Shown here piece after piece: positions 39,287 through 49,030 of a stretch of DNA of 64,000 nt (its first letter is position 1; each line of letters starts with the position of its first letter). The notes under the pieces were generated by a model. It worked only from the letters and a program-made list of their open reading frames with translations, did not search any database and was not told the origin of the DNA. The DNA comes from Alphaproteobacteria bacterium (GTDB lineage Bacteria; Pseudomonadota; Alphaproteobacteria; Paracaedibacterales; VGCI01): assembly GCA_019746225.1 (NCBI GenBank), contig JAIESE010000036.1, positions 11,519-75,518 on the forward strand, written 5' to 3'. The position numbers and the translations under genes are program-made.

Positions 39287-41398
39287 TTAAGCCTCAGGAG
39301 CTTCCTCCGTTTGAGGAATCGACTTCATGGTCAGTTTTACTTTCCCACGATCGTCAAATCCAACGACTTTTACGCGTACCGTATCGCCCTCTTTAACGAT
39401 GTCCGTTACCTTAGCGACTCGTTCTGGTGACAATTCACTGATGTGAACCAAGCCATCGCGGTTACCCATAAAGTTGACGAACGCCCCAAAGTCCATGATT
39501 TTGACAACCTTGCCAGTGTAAATTTCACCCACTTCAGGGTCACAAGCAATGCCTCGAATGGTGCTTAAAGCCGCTTCAATAGCCTTCGCATCGACTGCAG
39601 AGATGCTGACAGTGCCGTCATCTTCAATATCGATCTTAGCGCCTGTGGTCTCACAAATTTCCCGAATCATCTTGCCGCCTGGGCCGATGATGTCACGAAT
39701 CTTGTCTTTAGGAATGGTGATCGTTACCATGCGCGGGGCATGGTCGCTTACCGATTCACGAGATGACTCAATTTCTTTGCTCATTTCTTCTAAGATATGC
39801 AAACGGCCTTCACGCGCTTGGCCAAGCGCAACACGCATAATTTCAGGCGTAATACTCGTGATTTTAATGTCCATTTGAAGCGCTGTCACACCATTGGTTG
39901 TTCCAGCAACTTTAAAGTCCATATCTCCTAAATGATCTTCATCACCCAGAATGTCTGAAAGAACAGCGAATTTCTTGCCCTCTTTAATAAGCCCCATGGC
40001 AATACCCGCAATGGGACGTGTTAAAGGAACGCCGGCATCCATCATGGACAAAGAGGTTCCACAAACCGTTGCCATTGAAGAAGATCCATTGGATTCTGTA
40101 ATTTCAGAGACGGTTCGAATCGTATAGGGGAACTGCTCCTTGCTGGGAAGAAGGGGACGAATCGCACGCCATGCCAATTTTCCATGGCCAATTTCGCGAC
40201 GACCTGGGGATGACATCCGGCCCACTTCACCTACGGAATATGGGGGGAAGTTATAGTGAAGGAGGAAGCGTTCGCGATATTCCCCTTCAAGGGCGTCAAT
40301 AATTTGCTCATCCTGTCCAGTTCCAAGGGTAGTCACCACAAGGGCTTGAGTTTCTCCACGGGTAAACAAAGCACTGCCATGGGTACGCGGCAAAATACCG
40401 GTTTCACAAACAATGGGGCGAACCGTTGTTAAATCACGGCCATCAACACGCTTTGAATCTTCAAGAATGAGGTTGCGCAATATGTCAGCTTCCAAAGCCT
40501 TCAACGCATGACTTAATGCTGACTCATTCTCGATTTCACTTGCGAGCTTTTCCTTTGTGGCAGTCTTCACTTCGCCAATGGCGGTGTAACGATCTTGCTT
40601 TGTTGTGATGCTATAGGCCTTGCGCAAATCTTTCTCGGCAATCTTTTTAACTTGATCATAGATCGCCTTTTTATCATAAGCCGGCGCGGGAAGGTCCCAA
40701 TCGTCTTTGCCTGCCGCATCTTTTAGCTTAGCAATAGCCTCAATAATCGGTTGGAAAGCCTTGTGGCCAAACTCAACAGCACCTAACATGATATCCTCAG
40801 ATAACTCTTGAGCTTCTGATTCAACCATCAAAACACCGCTTTTGGTCCCGGCCAGGATTAAATCCAACTGGCTTTCAATTAATTCTGAGGGAGTTGGGTT
40901 CAATATATACTCGCCGTTCGCATAACCAACACGTGCCGCACCAACCGGGCCCAAGAAAGGAACACCAGAAATGGCAAGGGCAGCAGAAGCGCCGACTAAA
41001 GCCACAACATCCGGGTCATTTTCAAGGTCATGGCTCAAAACGGTGCAAATGACTTGCACTTCGTTACGAAAGCCTTCTGGGAATAAGGGGCGAATGGGGC
41101 GATCAACAAGACGAGAGGTCAGAACTTCTTTTTCGGAAGGTCGGCCTTCGCGCTTGAAAAAGCCACCTGGTATGCGGCCTACTGCAAACACTTTTTCTTG
41201 ATAATGAACTGTCAGCGGAAAGAAATCCACATTTGGATTCGGCTCTCTTTGGGCCACAACCGTACATAAAACTGTTGTTTCACCGTAAGTGGCGAGTACA
41301 GCACCATCTGCCTGACGAGCAACCTTACCAGTTTCTAATATAAGTGTGCGGTTGCCCCACTTAACTTCTTGACGTGTAATTTTAAACATTTTTGACAT
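39287..41398 (-). CDS. pnp: Polyribonucleotide nucleotidyltransferase (PNPase)
   Basis: The 703-aa product has two RNase PH domains, a KH domain ([20 protein letters not shown]) and an S1 domain ([15 protein letters not shown]). Confidence 0.96.
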   Translation of the reverse strand: MSKMFKITRQEVKWGNRTLILETGKVARQADGAVLATYGETTVLCTVVAQREPNPNVDFFPLTVHYQEKVFAVGRIPGGFFKREGRPSEKEVLTSRLVDRPIRPLFPEGFRNEVQVICTVLSHDLENDPDVVALVGASAALAISGVPFLGPVGAARVGYANGEYILNPTPSELIESQLDLILAGTKSGVLMVESEAQELSEDIMLGAVEFGHKAFQPIIEAIAKLKDAAGKDDWDLPAPAYDKKAIYDQVKKIAEKDLRKAYSITTKQDRYTAIGEVKTATKEKLASEIENESALSHALKALEADILRNLILEDSKRVDGRDLTTVRPIVCETGILPRTHGSALFTRGETQALVVTTLGTGQDEQIIDALEGEYRERFLLHYNFPPYSVGEVGRMSSPGRREIGHGKLAWRAIRPLLPSKEQFPYTIRTVSEITESNGSSSMATVCGTSLSMMDAGVPLTRPIAGIAMGLIKEGKKFAVLSDILGDEDHLGDMDFKVAGTTNGVTALQMDIKITSITPEIMRVALGQAREGRLHILEEMSKEIESSRESVSDHAPRMVTITIPKDKIRDIIGPGGKMIREICETTGAKIDIEDDGTVSISAVDAKAIEAALSTIRGIACDPEVGEIYTGKVVKIMDFGAFVNFMGNRDGLVHISELSPERVAKVTDIVKEGDTVRVKVVGFDDRGKVKLTMKSIPQTEEAPEA

Positions 41399-41433
41399 TA
41401 ACGTACCTTTTCATTTTGGGAAAATATAAATAA

Positions 41434-41466
41434 TAAAAGAGCGAAGTCCCAAAACTTCGCCCTTTT
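41434..41466 (-). terminator. rpsO-pnp intergenic hairpin (terminator/attenuator or processing site)
   Basis: On the minus strand the sequence is GCGAAGT-tttggg-ACTTCGC followed by tcttttatt. The stem spans 41441..41460. Confidence 0.6.
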
Positions 41467-41553
41467 CATTTCATAAACCTTGATATTTTGTGAGCTTGAG
41501 CAATATTTAAGCCTCATCATCATGCTGTATCTGATTCCATCCGATGCAATCAA

Positions 41554-41823
41554 TTAGCGACGTATCTCTAGGCGTTTAATCAACGTTTGATAACGCTCTT
41601 CACTTTTACTTTTTAGATAATCCAGAAGTCGGCGACGTTGACCGACCATTAGGATCAAGCCACGACGAGAGTGAAAATCTTTTGGATGTGTTTCCATGTG
41701 ACCAGACAGATTGCGGATGCGCTCTGTCAAAATGGCAACCTGAACTTCAGGAGATCCAGTATCTCCAGGCTTGGTTGCGAACTCCTTAATTAATTCCTGT
41801 TTACGTAACGCTTCGATCGACAT
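41554..41823 (-). CDS. rpsO: 30S ribosomal protein S15
   Basis: The 89-aa product has [19 protein letters not shown]...H.KD.HSRRGL..MV..RR.LL.YL. Confidence 0.96.
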   Translation of the reverse strand: MSIEALRKQELIKEFATKPGDTGSPEVQVAILTERIRNLSGHMETHPKDFHSRRGLILMVGQRRRLLDYLKSKSEERYQTLIKRLEIRR

Positions 41824-42080
41824 CGGATTTTGTCCTCTTCTTTAAAACTTTTATACAACATTTCTTTATATCGCTCCAGGTCTAGTCAACCAAAAGCAAC
41901 TTTTAACTGCCTTTTACGGCGGAAGTTAACTCTCTTTAACTCAATCAGTTAGAGGAAAGCTTCCATACAGATGTCTGGGAGAAGCTCAAACATTATGTAC
42001 AATCATAACGAGCTTATACTAACCCTTCGACAACCTACCCTTTCGTCCCCTACTCTTCCGTTAAGTAGACAAAAGCAAAG

Positions 42081-42998
42081 CTATTTAAAAACACGAATCG
42101 GGTAATAATACCCTTCGCGCGCCTTCGCTATGGCGGCCACCTGGTCGCCTAACTTAAGAACAACCAAAGAAAATCCAACGCCATTCCCTATGACAGGAAT
42201 CCGCTGCCCTTGGTTAATCTTCATCGCTTCTTCCTCCGTCACGGAAACTGCCGGGATGTCGTCCAGAACAGCCCCAAGGGGAAGAAATGCTTGATGTAAT
42301 TCTGATTTATGCCCGAATTCTTTCAACATTTCCAGAGAAATCGCATCAATTTGATGAAATTTTCCAACAAGCATACGTCTTAAACGAGAAACATAGCCCA
42401 CTGTGCCTAGCACTTCCGCCATATCGCGGGCAAGAGAGCGAACATATGTCCCAGGTCCACAAGTAACAATAAACGTCGCCTGGTCGGGGGAATCAATCGA
42501 CTCCAGCACAAGGTTGTAAATCACAACAGGGCGTGTTTTCAAAGCGATAGCATCCTTCAAATTCGCTAAAATCAAGGGATCACCGGATCTTGCCAAATCA
42601 TAAGCACGTTTTCCATCAATATTAAGAGCAGAAAATATCGGGGGCCGTTGATTAATTGTCCCCATAAACTGAGGCAAAATGTCACTTATAGACTCCGAGG
42701 AAGGTCGATGATCAGAAGTTGCAATGACAACCCCTTCTGCATCGTCAGTAATACGCGCCTCCCCCCATGTCACTTGAAAGGAGTATTCCTTTACGTCGGC
42801 CACAACATAAGGAAGCGTTTTTGTAGCCTCGCCCAACGCAATGGGCAAAACTCCTGTCGCAAGGGGATCTAGAGTTCCTGCATGACCCGCTTTTGAAGCC
42901 CCAGTGAGTCGACGTACCATGTTGCTCGCCTTTGTCGACGTCATCCCATAGGGCTTATCGAGGATAATCCAACCGTCTACTCTCTTTGCAAACGTCAT
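42081..42998 (-). CDS. truB: tRNA pseudouridine(55) synthase TruB
   Basis: DGWIILDKPYGMTSTKASNMVRRL...KAGHAGTLDPLATGVLPIALGEATK contains the catalytic Asp motif. Confidence 0.93.
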   Translation of the reverse strand: MTFAKRVDGWIILDKPYGMTSTKASNMVRRLTGASKAGHAGTLDPLATGVLPIALGEATKTLPYVVADVKEYSFQVTWGEARITDDAEGVVIATSDHRPSSESISDILPQFMGTINQRPPIFSALNIDGKRAYDLARSGDPLILANLKDAIALKTRPVVIYNLVLESIDSPDQATFIVTCGPGTYVRSLARDMAEVLGTVGYVSRLRRMLVGKFHQIDAISLEMLKEFGHKSELHQAFLPLGAVLDDIPAVSVTEEEAMKINQGQRIPVIGNGVGFSLVVLKLGDQVAAIAKAREGYYYPIRVFK

Positions 42999-44110
42999 CT
43001 GCTTCGGCCAAATCGAATGGTGTTATGCAAGGCAACAGAAAAAATTAATCCTTGTCCAATCAGAAGGGTGAGCATCGCGGTTCCGCCATAAGAAATAAAA
43101 GGTAAAGGGACGCCCACTACAGGCAACATGCCCATAACCATAGCCATGTTTATGAAAACATACAAGAAAACTGTTGTTGTCATCCCCAAAGCAACCAGCC
43201 GACCAAATGAAGTGCGGCTGGCCATCGCAATCCGAAATCCATAGGCCAGAAGCGCTGCATAAAGGCCCAGCAGAATAATGCCCCCTATCAAGCCGAATTC
43301 TTCGCTAAACATTGTGAAGATGAAATCCGTTTGCTTTTCAGGCAGGAAATTGAGGTGACTTTGAGTTCCCTTCAGATAACCCTTGCCCGTCAGACCTCCA
43401 GACCCAAGCGCAATCTTAGATTGAGTTACATGATACCCCGAATTGGCAGGATCGCTTTCGGGATTGATAAAGGTCAAGATCCGCATTTTCTGATAATCAT
43501 AGAGTTGCATCCAAATCACCGGAGCTGCTGCCAGCATAGCGACTCCCGCCGTCAAAAATTTCCACCATTGGACACCCGCTGCAAAGAAAAGGGTACATCC
43601 ACATAAAATCAAAATGATCGCCGTGCCAAGATCCGGTTGACGCATCACAAGAAGGGTCGGCACGAATATAAGAGCGAGGGGCACCAGGAGCGTGGATATT
43701 TGTCGAATTTCATCGAGAGTTCTTTTATGAAAAAAGCGGGCAAGTGCCAGGACCAGAGCTATTTTCATGACCTCAGACGGCTGAAGCTGAAAAACATAGA
43801 GATCAATCCACCGTTGCCCCCCTTTCCCCACAAACCCTATGACTTCAACACCAACAAGCAAGATCAAGGTTACAAAGTAGATTGGGTAGGCATAGGCCAT
43901 CCATGTTCGGCTATCGGTCACACTCACAACAAACATCAGCGTAAAACCCATGGAAAAGCGGTATACTTGCTTCCAGGCCCAAGGTGTCATACTGCCATTG
44001 GCTGCGGAGTAAAGCATGAAAAACCCGACACTGGCAATGAGAATCAACAGCCCAATCACCCACGGGTTAATTTGGCGCAAGAGGGATACTTTAAGGGCAA
44101 TAGATGTCAT
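42995..44110 (-). CDS. rodA: SEDS-family peptidoglycan polymerase, RodA-like (FtsW/RodA/SpoVE family)
   Basis: The 371-aa product has about 10 TM helices. It carries QRWIDL..FQLQPSEVMKIALVLALA, DLGTAI, PE..TDFIF and LPFISYGGTAMLT. Length and N-terminus fit RodA better than FtsW. Confidence 0.75.
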   Translation of the reverse strand: MTSIALKVSLLRQINPWVIGLLILIASVGFFMLYSAANGSMTPWAWKQVYRFSMGFTLMFVVSVTDSRTWMAYAYPIYFVTLILLVGVEVIGFVGKGGQRWIDLYVFQLQPSEVMKIALVLALARFFHKRTLDEIRQISTLLVPLALIFVPTLLVMRQPDLGTAIILILCGCTLFFAAGVQWWKFLTAGVAMLAAAPVIWMQLYDYQKMRILTFINPESDPANSGYHVTQSKIALGSGGLTGKGYLKGTQSHLNFLPEKQTDFIFTMFSEEFGLIGGIILLGLYAALLAYGFRIAMASRTSFGRLVALGMTTTVFLYVFINMAMVMGMLPVVGVPLPFISYGGTAMLTLLIGQGLIFSVALHNTIRFGRSR

Positions 44111-44170
44111 AGAGTTACGGGTGCTTTATTTCTATTTGTTGTTTAGCATAGGGCGTTTAAATTAAAATCA

Positions 44171-44653
44171 TTACTTCTTCAGTTTTCGAAGCGCTTTTTG
44201 TTCCTTAAACCATGCATTTGAGGGCCTTGTAAACAAAAGAACACAGGCACCCAAGGACAAGAATATTGCGAAGATAGATAGAACAATCACCATTTTAGGT
44301 CCTTCCATCATTTCCATGAAGTTCAAGAGCCATGAAGGCACTCCAATGATCATGGTGATTAAATAAAGGATACGCGCCCAATTGCGACTCGAAGAAATTT
44401 TAAGAATTATCCAAAGTAGAATGGTTAAGGAAAGGCTCATTGTTAGAATAAGAAACATCTCCAGAGTCATCGGAAAATTGGGGGGTGGAAAGTCTGGAGA
44501 TTTAGTACGCGCCATAAGAATGACATGCCCCCAATTCAACACCATACCAAGAATGCTGACCGCGAAGTACGCCCAAAGAAGCTTTATAGCAAGAACAATT
44601 TCTTTAGGCTTTTCGGCAGTATGCGGTTGATTTGTCATGGATATTTTCCCCAT
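44171..44653 (-). CDS. Hypothetical 4-TM membrane protein
   Basis: The 160-aa product has four hydrophobic helices and a basic C-terminus. I recognise no family. It is transcribed divergently from tssB. Confidence 0.5.
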   Translation of the reverse strand: MGKISMTNQPHTAEKPKEIVLAIKLLWAYFAVSILGMVLNWGHVILMARTKSPDFPPPNFPMTLEMFLILTMSLSLTILLWIILKISSSRNWARILYLITMIIGVPSWLLNFMEMMEGPKMVIVLSIFAIFLSLGACVLLFTRPSNAWFKEQKALRKLKK

Positions 44654-44930
44654 AAATAGTAAATCTTAATATTACTTTACATCAGAATTCTTGATTTTGA
44701 CAAGCACGAGCTCGTCTCGGGCTTCACCCCTCTTGAATTTTTCATAGCAAGTCTACACATACTTAAAGTCCTCCGTACTCAAAATAATAAATTAATACTT
44801 TGTTAATAATCTCTAAATCAAAAAATCGATAAACTTTAACAAAATTAATAATTTTTTAAACAATTAAGCGTATTAATTAAAGTATAGCACGGAAATTCTC
44901 CGATATTGGAGAGAACAAGGAGGCTCAAAA

Positions 44931-45452
44931 ATGGTTGAAAGTTTACAACATAAACTGGATCGGGTAAGACCACCACGGGTTCAAATTACCTATGACGTTG
45001 AAATTGGTAACGCCATCGAGATGAAGGAATTGCCTTTTGTTATGGGAATTTTGGCTGACCTGTCGGGTATGCCAGCTGAAGCCTTACCGAAAGTTAAAGA
45101 CCGCAAATTCGCAGAGATTGACCGCGATAATATCAACGAAATTATGGCCTCAATTAATCCAAGGCTAGCGTTGCGCATCAACAATACTCTTGCCAATGAC
45201 GATACACAAATGAGCGTTGAGTTGTTCTTCAAAAATATTGAAGACTTCGAACCCCTCAATGTGGCCAAGCAAGTCCCTGCCCTTGAGAGACTTTATGAAG
45301 CGCGAACACGCCTAAAAGACTTACTGACCAAGCTGGATGGTAACGACACTTTGGGTGAAATGTTACAGGAAATTATTACCAATACGGAAAAGCGCGATGC
45401 TTTGAAAACAGAGTTGGGTATCACCGATACGCCACCTCCCGCTGCATCTTAA
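44931..45452 (+). CDS. tssB: T6SS contractile sheath small subunit TssB (VipA)
   Basis: RPPRVQITYDVEIGNAIEMKELPFVMGILADLSG...DRKFAEIDRDNINEIMASINPRL is canonical TssB. An AAGGAGG SD precedes it. Confidence 0.92.
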   Translation: MVESLQHKLDRVRPPRVQITYDVEIGNAIEMKELPFVMGILADLSGMPAEALPKVKDRKFAEIDRDNINEIMASINPRLALRINNTLANDDTQMSVELFFKNIEDFEPLNVAKQVPALERLYEARTRLKDLLTKLDGNDTLGEMLQEIITNTEKRDALKTELGITDTPPPAAS

Positions 45453-45469
45453 TTTAAGGAGATACGATC

Positions 45470-46942
45470 ATGGCTGACGATAAAACAGACGCACCAGCAG
45501 CAGCAGAAGAAACCGCCCTCGATGTATTAATGTCGAAAGGTAAATTGGCTCGCGATGATTCGCAAAAACCATTTGCACGTGATTTGGTAACAGAATTTGT
45601 CAACCAAGTTCTCGAGCAAGGAACCGTTGTGAGCAACGATACGGTTGCCTTCATCAATCAACGCATTCTTGAAATTGATGATTTGATTGGGAATCAATTA
45701 AACGAAATCATGCATGACCCCGCTTTCCAGAAACTGGAAGGGTCTTGGAGAGGCTTAAACTACCTGGTGATGAATACCGAAACAGCTGTGCATTTGAAAC
45801 TTCGCTTAATGAACATTACCAAGAAAGAACTTCTGGACGATTTGGAAAAGGCCGTTGAATTTGACCAAAGCCAAATGTTTAAGAAAATCTATGAAGAAGA
45901 ATATGGCACGTTTGGTGGCCATCCCTACTCTTGTTTGGTTGGTGACTTTGAATTCACCCGCCATCCTCAAGATATGGAACTTCTTCAAAAGATGTCTCAA
46001 GTGGCAGCCGCCGCGCATGCACCATTCTTGACAGCGGCCGATCCAAAACTTTTTGATTTGGACAAATTTGAACACTTGGGCGTTCCAAGAGATCTTTCTA
46101 AGATTTTTGAAAGTCTTGAAATGATTAAGTGGAACTCTTTCCGCGAAACAGAAGACTCCCGTTATGTGGCCATGTTGTTGCCGCGGGTTTTGATGCGTCT
46201 TCCTTATGGAGCAAACACCCTTCCCGCAGAAGGATTGAACTTTGAAGAAGATGTGGCTGGTGCCGATACATCAAAATTCTGCTGGACAAATCCGGCTTAC
46301 ATTTTGGGTCAACGTATAACGAACGCTTTCTCACTTTATAAGTGGACAGCAGCGATACGTGGTGTTGAAGGCGGTGGCATCGTGGAAGGCCTTCCAGCCT
46401 TTACGTTCAAAACAACCGACGGCGATATCGCCTTGAAGTGCCCAACAGAAACAGCCATTACCGATCGTCGTGAAAAAGAGTTGAGTGATCTTGGCTTCAT
46501 CTCTCTGTGCCATTGCAAAGGAACAGACTATGCGGCGTTCTTTGGCGGACAAACAACACAAAAGCCAAAGATCTACAACTTAGATGATGCCAATGCCAAT
46601 GCGAACCTTTCCGCCCGTCTGCCGTATATTTTGGCAGCCTCTCGTTTTGCGCACTACATCAAAGTAATTATGCGCGACAAGATCGGTAGCTTCTTAACAC
46701 GGGACAACGTTGAAAAGTATCTCAACACCTGGATTGCAAGTTATGTGGTTATCAATGATAACGCCTCTCAACCAGTTAAGGCGAAATTCCCCTTAAGAGA
46801 AGCACGGATCGATGTCTACGAAATTCCAGGAAAACCAGGATCTTATCGGTCTGTCATTTACTTGAGACCGCATTTCCAAATGGAAGAACTATCGGCCTCG
46901 ATCAGAATGGTCGCAACCTTACCACCACCGGCGGCTCAATAA
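45470..46942 (+). CDS. tssC: T6SS contractile sheath large subunit TssC (VipB)
   Basis: The 490-aa product has DPAFQKLEGSWRGLNYLV, YSCLVGDFEF, AAAAHAPFLTAA, RYVAMLLPRVLMRLPYG and GFISL motifs. Confidence 0.93.
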   Translation: MADDKTDAPAAAEETALDVLMSKGKLARDDSQKPFARDLVTEFVNQVLEQGTVVSNDTVAFINQRILEIDDLIGNQLNEIMHDPAFQKLEGSWRGLNYLVMNTETAVHLKLRLMNITKKELLDDLEKAVEFDQSQMFKKIYEEEYGTFGGHPYSCLVGDFEFTRHPQDMELLQKMSQVAAAAHAPFLTAADPKLFDLDKFEHLGVPRDLSKIFESLEMIKWNSFRETEDSRYVAMLLPRVLMRLPYGANTLPAEGLNFEEDVAGADTSKFCWTNPAYILGQRITNAFSLYKWTAAIRGVEGGGIVEGLPAFTFKTTDGDIALKCPTETAITDRREKELSDLGFISLCHCKGTDYAAFFGGQTTQKPKIYNLDDANANANLSARLPYILAASRFAHYIKVIMRDKIGSFLTRDNVEKYLNTWIASYVVINDNASQPVKAKFPLREARIDVYEIPGKPGSYRSVIYLRPHFQMEELSASIRMVATLPPPAAQ

Positions 46943-46971
46943 AGCACGCGGTAATTTGAAAGGAGTTAGAG

Positions 46972-47565
46972 ATGGCAGTTAACAAAGAACAAAGCATACA
47001 GGCCGTAAGTCAAAGATATAAGGACGAAGCAGGCAACCCGCCCTTAGGCACTGTTACATCGAGCTTCTTTATCTCAATGGATGATATTTTTGCCACCTCA
47101 AACGTTGGCTCAGGGTCAAGCGCGAACGCTGCCGGATTAGCAAATGCTGTCCATCTACTCTATTATACGAGCGTTGAAGAACGCCCGTCGATTGGGACGA
47201 TGACCAGTGACTTTCAAGCCAGTGCGACCCTTATTCATTCCTTGGTTGAATTGCATATTCTAACTGACTCCGCCATGCCGACTTTGCGTCAGAACATGCG
47301 TTCAAACAAACCAGTTGCCGAAATGAAAATTACGCGCGTCGGCCATCTTGGTGAGGGAGCCGACAACACAGAAATGTATTCCAGCACGTTTACGAATAAC
47401 TTCATTGAATCCATCGAAGAAATTCCAGACAAACTCATTGTTAAAGTTCGTGTCAATACACGCTCTGACACAGCTGCAACAACAGACTTTACCGGTACTC
47501 AAGCAACCACTTCAGGAAGTGCAGCTTCTGGTTGGGATTATACACAAAACGCCCCTATGGCTTAA
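46972..47565 (+). CDS. hcp: Divergent Hcp-like T6SS tube protein (copy 1)
   Basis: It sits directly after tssC, the usual Hcp position. The C-terminus SGWDYTQN resembles the Hcp G-W-(D/N)-x-x-x-N end. The middle region (MPTLRQNM..NKPV.EMKITRVGH) aligns loosely with Hcp1 TPNLMMAC..GKHY..AKLTIRKAG. At 197 aa it carries an extra N-terminal segment of about 25 aa. Confidence 0.55.
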   Translation: MAVNKEQSIQAVSQRYKDEAGNPPLGTVTSSFFISMDDIFATSNVGSGSSANAAGLANAVHLLYYTSVEERPSIGTMTSDFQASATLIHSLVELHILTDSAMPTLRQNMRSNKPVAEMKITRVGHLGEGADNTEMYSSTFTNNFIESIEEIPDKLIVKVRVNTRSDTAATTDFTGTQATTSGSAASGWDYTQNAPMA

Positions 47566-47608
47566 GGTGGATAGTCTTTCCCTGTCTTGTTAAATAAAGA
47601 CCCAATTC

Positions 47609-47647
47609 GACCCCTCATTTGCGTAAGTAAATCAGGGGTCTTTTTTT
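47609..47647 (+). terminator. Rho-independent terminator after hcp copy 1
   Basis: The stem joins GACCCCT (47609..47615) and AGGGGTC (47634..47640), followed by TTTTTTT (47641..47647). Confidence 0.8.
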
Positions 47648-47878
47648 AACCTGTCTCCTTTAATAAATCCCCCAACACTTTCGACGGGTAAGCTTTGCTA
47701 CTCCTATTTAGCTAATTTTAATAAAATTAGCTATACACCAGTTGCCAAACACCAGGTATGCACGTTAAGCTATTATTAATGAATTGTTAACCATTTGTTA
47801 AGGATGACCTCCTTTGGGTCACCAAGGTGACTGTTTCCCTTAGGAAATACGCTGATTTAAGGTAGAGGAATTTTTTAG

Positions 47879-48439
47879 ATGTCCGACGCAAAAGCGCTTC
47901 AAACTTCCCCAACAGAAAACCAATTTTCGCCATCTGGAAACCCTCCTATCGGGACAGTCACATCAAGCTTTTTTGTTTCAATCGACAAAGTCTTCGCCCA
48001 CACCTCTGTTGAGGTTGAAACAGTTAAAGAATCTGTTCAGCTGCTCTGGTTTACGAGCATTGAAGAACGTCCTTCCATTGGCAATATGACCAGTGATTTT
48101 CAGGCCAGTGCGACTCTTATTCATTCTTTGCTTGAGATGCATGTTTTGACAGATTCAGCTATGCCCATATTAAGAGAGAACATGAGGAACAATACCCCCA
48201 TTAAAAAAATTATTATTTCCCGTGTAGGCCACTTGGGAAAAGATAAACACAATAAATTATTATATTCCTCCACGTTTGAAAATTGCTTTCTTGAAGCTGT
48301 TGAAGAATTTCCGGATAAGCTCATCATTAAAGCCCGTATCACCAAGCGCACAGACAAAGCAGCTGCAACTGATTATACAAATACGCAAAAAGGAAACACT
48401 GTTTCTGGTTGGGATTATGCGAAGAACCAGGCTGTATAA
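47879..48439 (+). CDS. hcp: Divergent Hcp-like T6SS tube protein (copy 2, paralogue of 46972..47565)
   Basis: It is collinear with copy 1. Compare NPPIGTVTSSFFVSIDKVFA with NPPLGTVTSSFFISMDDIFA, and EERPSIGNMTSDFQASATLIHSLLEMHVLTDSAMP with EERPSIGTMTSDFQASATLIHSLVELHILTDSAMP. It ends in SGWDYAKNQAV. Confidence 0.55.
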   Translation: MSDAKALQTSPTENQFSPSGNPPIGTVTSSFFVSIDKVFAHTSVEVETVKESVQLLWFTSIEERPSIGNMTSDFQASATLIHSLLEMHVLTDSAMPILRENMRNNTPIKKIIISRVGHLGKDKHNKLLYSSTFENCFLEAVEEFPDKLIIKARITKRTDKAAATDYTNTQKGNTVSGWDYAKNQAV

Positions 48440-48502
48440 TAGGTCTACTGCAAATTAAAGTACTGTCTTCGTCATTACTGAAAAAGCATCAAGGAGTATA
48501 CT

Positions 48503-49003
48503 ATGGCCGGAGCTTTAAAGGATGCCACAGCCGAAACAAAAATGATAATCGGAGCTCCTGCTCCGTTATTCGATCGCTTAATCGATGAAGATCCAGAAAC
48601 ATCGACCGAATATCCTGTAAAGAAGAATCTAAACCGCTTTGAGCTGATTCAATCCATTGAGCATGAAGTTTCACGTATCCTCAATACCCGGGCCACTGTT
48701 AAACGTGCTGAATATGAAGATTTTTCAGAAGACCCCTTAAACTTCGGACTCCCAGAAATGTTTGGCCTTGGGGATTTTTCCCAATATGATGCCACAAATG
48801 AACAAGAATGGCCCCGCATCGCTGAACTTTGTGAACAAGCCATCAAGCGCTATGAGCCTCGGATAAAGAATGTCACCGCAAACGTAACCGCATTTGACAA
48901 AAAACAACAATCCTTGAGCATTACCATCCACGCCGACTTTGCCATGAAAGAATTTCAAGGAGAGCTCACCTTCCCCACTGCTTTCGCCATGGGGGGAAGA
49001 TAG
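48503..49003 (+). CDS. tssE: T6SS baseplate subunit TssE (gp25/GPW family)
   Basis: APAPLFDRLIDEDPE, LIQSIEHEVSRILNTR, NFGLPE and ICEQAIKRYEPRIKNV match the TssE pattern (LLDRL.D..P / L..S...DL..LLNTR / YGLPD / I..AI..FEPRL). Confidence 0.85.
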   Translation: MAGALKDATAETKMIIGAPAPLFDRLIDEDPETSTEYPVKKNLNRFELIQSIEHEVSRILNTRATVKRAEYEDFSEDPLNFGLPEMFGLGDFSQYDATNEQEWPRIAELCEQAIKRYEPRIKNVTANVTAFDKKQQSLSITIHADFAMKEFQGELTFPTAFAMGGR

Positions 49004-49030
49004 GCGTTGAGAGGGAGGTGCTTTTTCCCT

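Noticed and set aside
44881-44902. A possible sigma54 (-24/-12) promoter upstream of tssB (tatagcacggaaattctcc), since T6SS operons are often RpoN-dependent
   Set aside because: It does not match the TGGCAC-N5-TTGC consensus. The -24 GG dinucleotide is AG and the -12 element is TTCT rather than TTGC. The resemblance is too weak to call.
49008-49030. A short hairpin (GAGGG...CCCTC) between the convergent tssE and nrdR genes as a bidirectional terminator
   Set aside because: The clean stem is only about 5 bp and the 3' arm abuts the nrdR stop codon. It is plausible but too weak to list as a feature.
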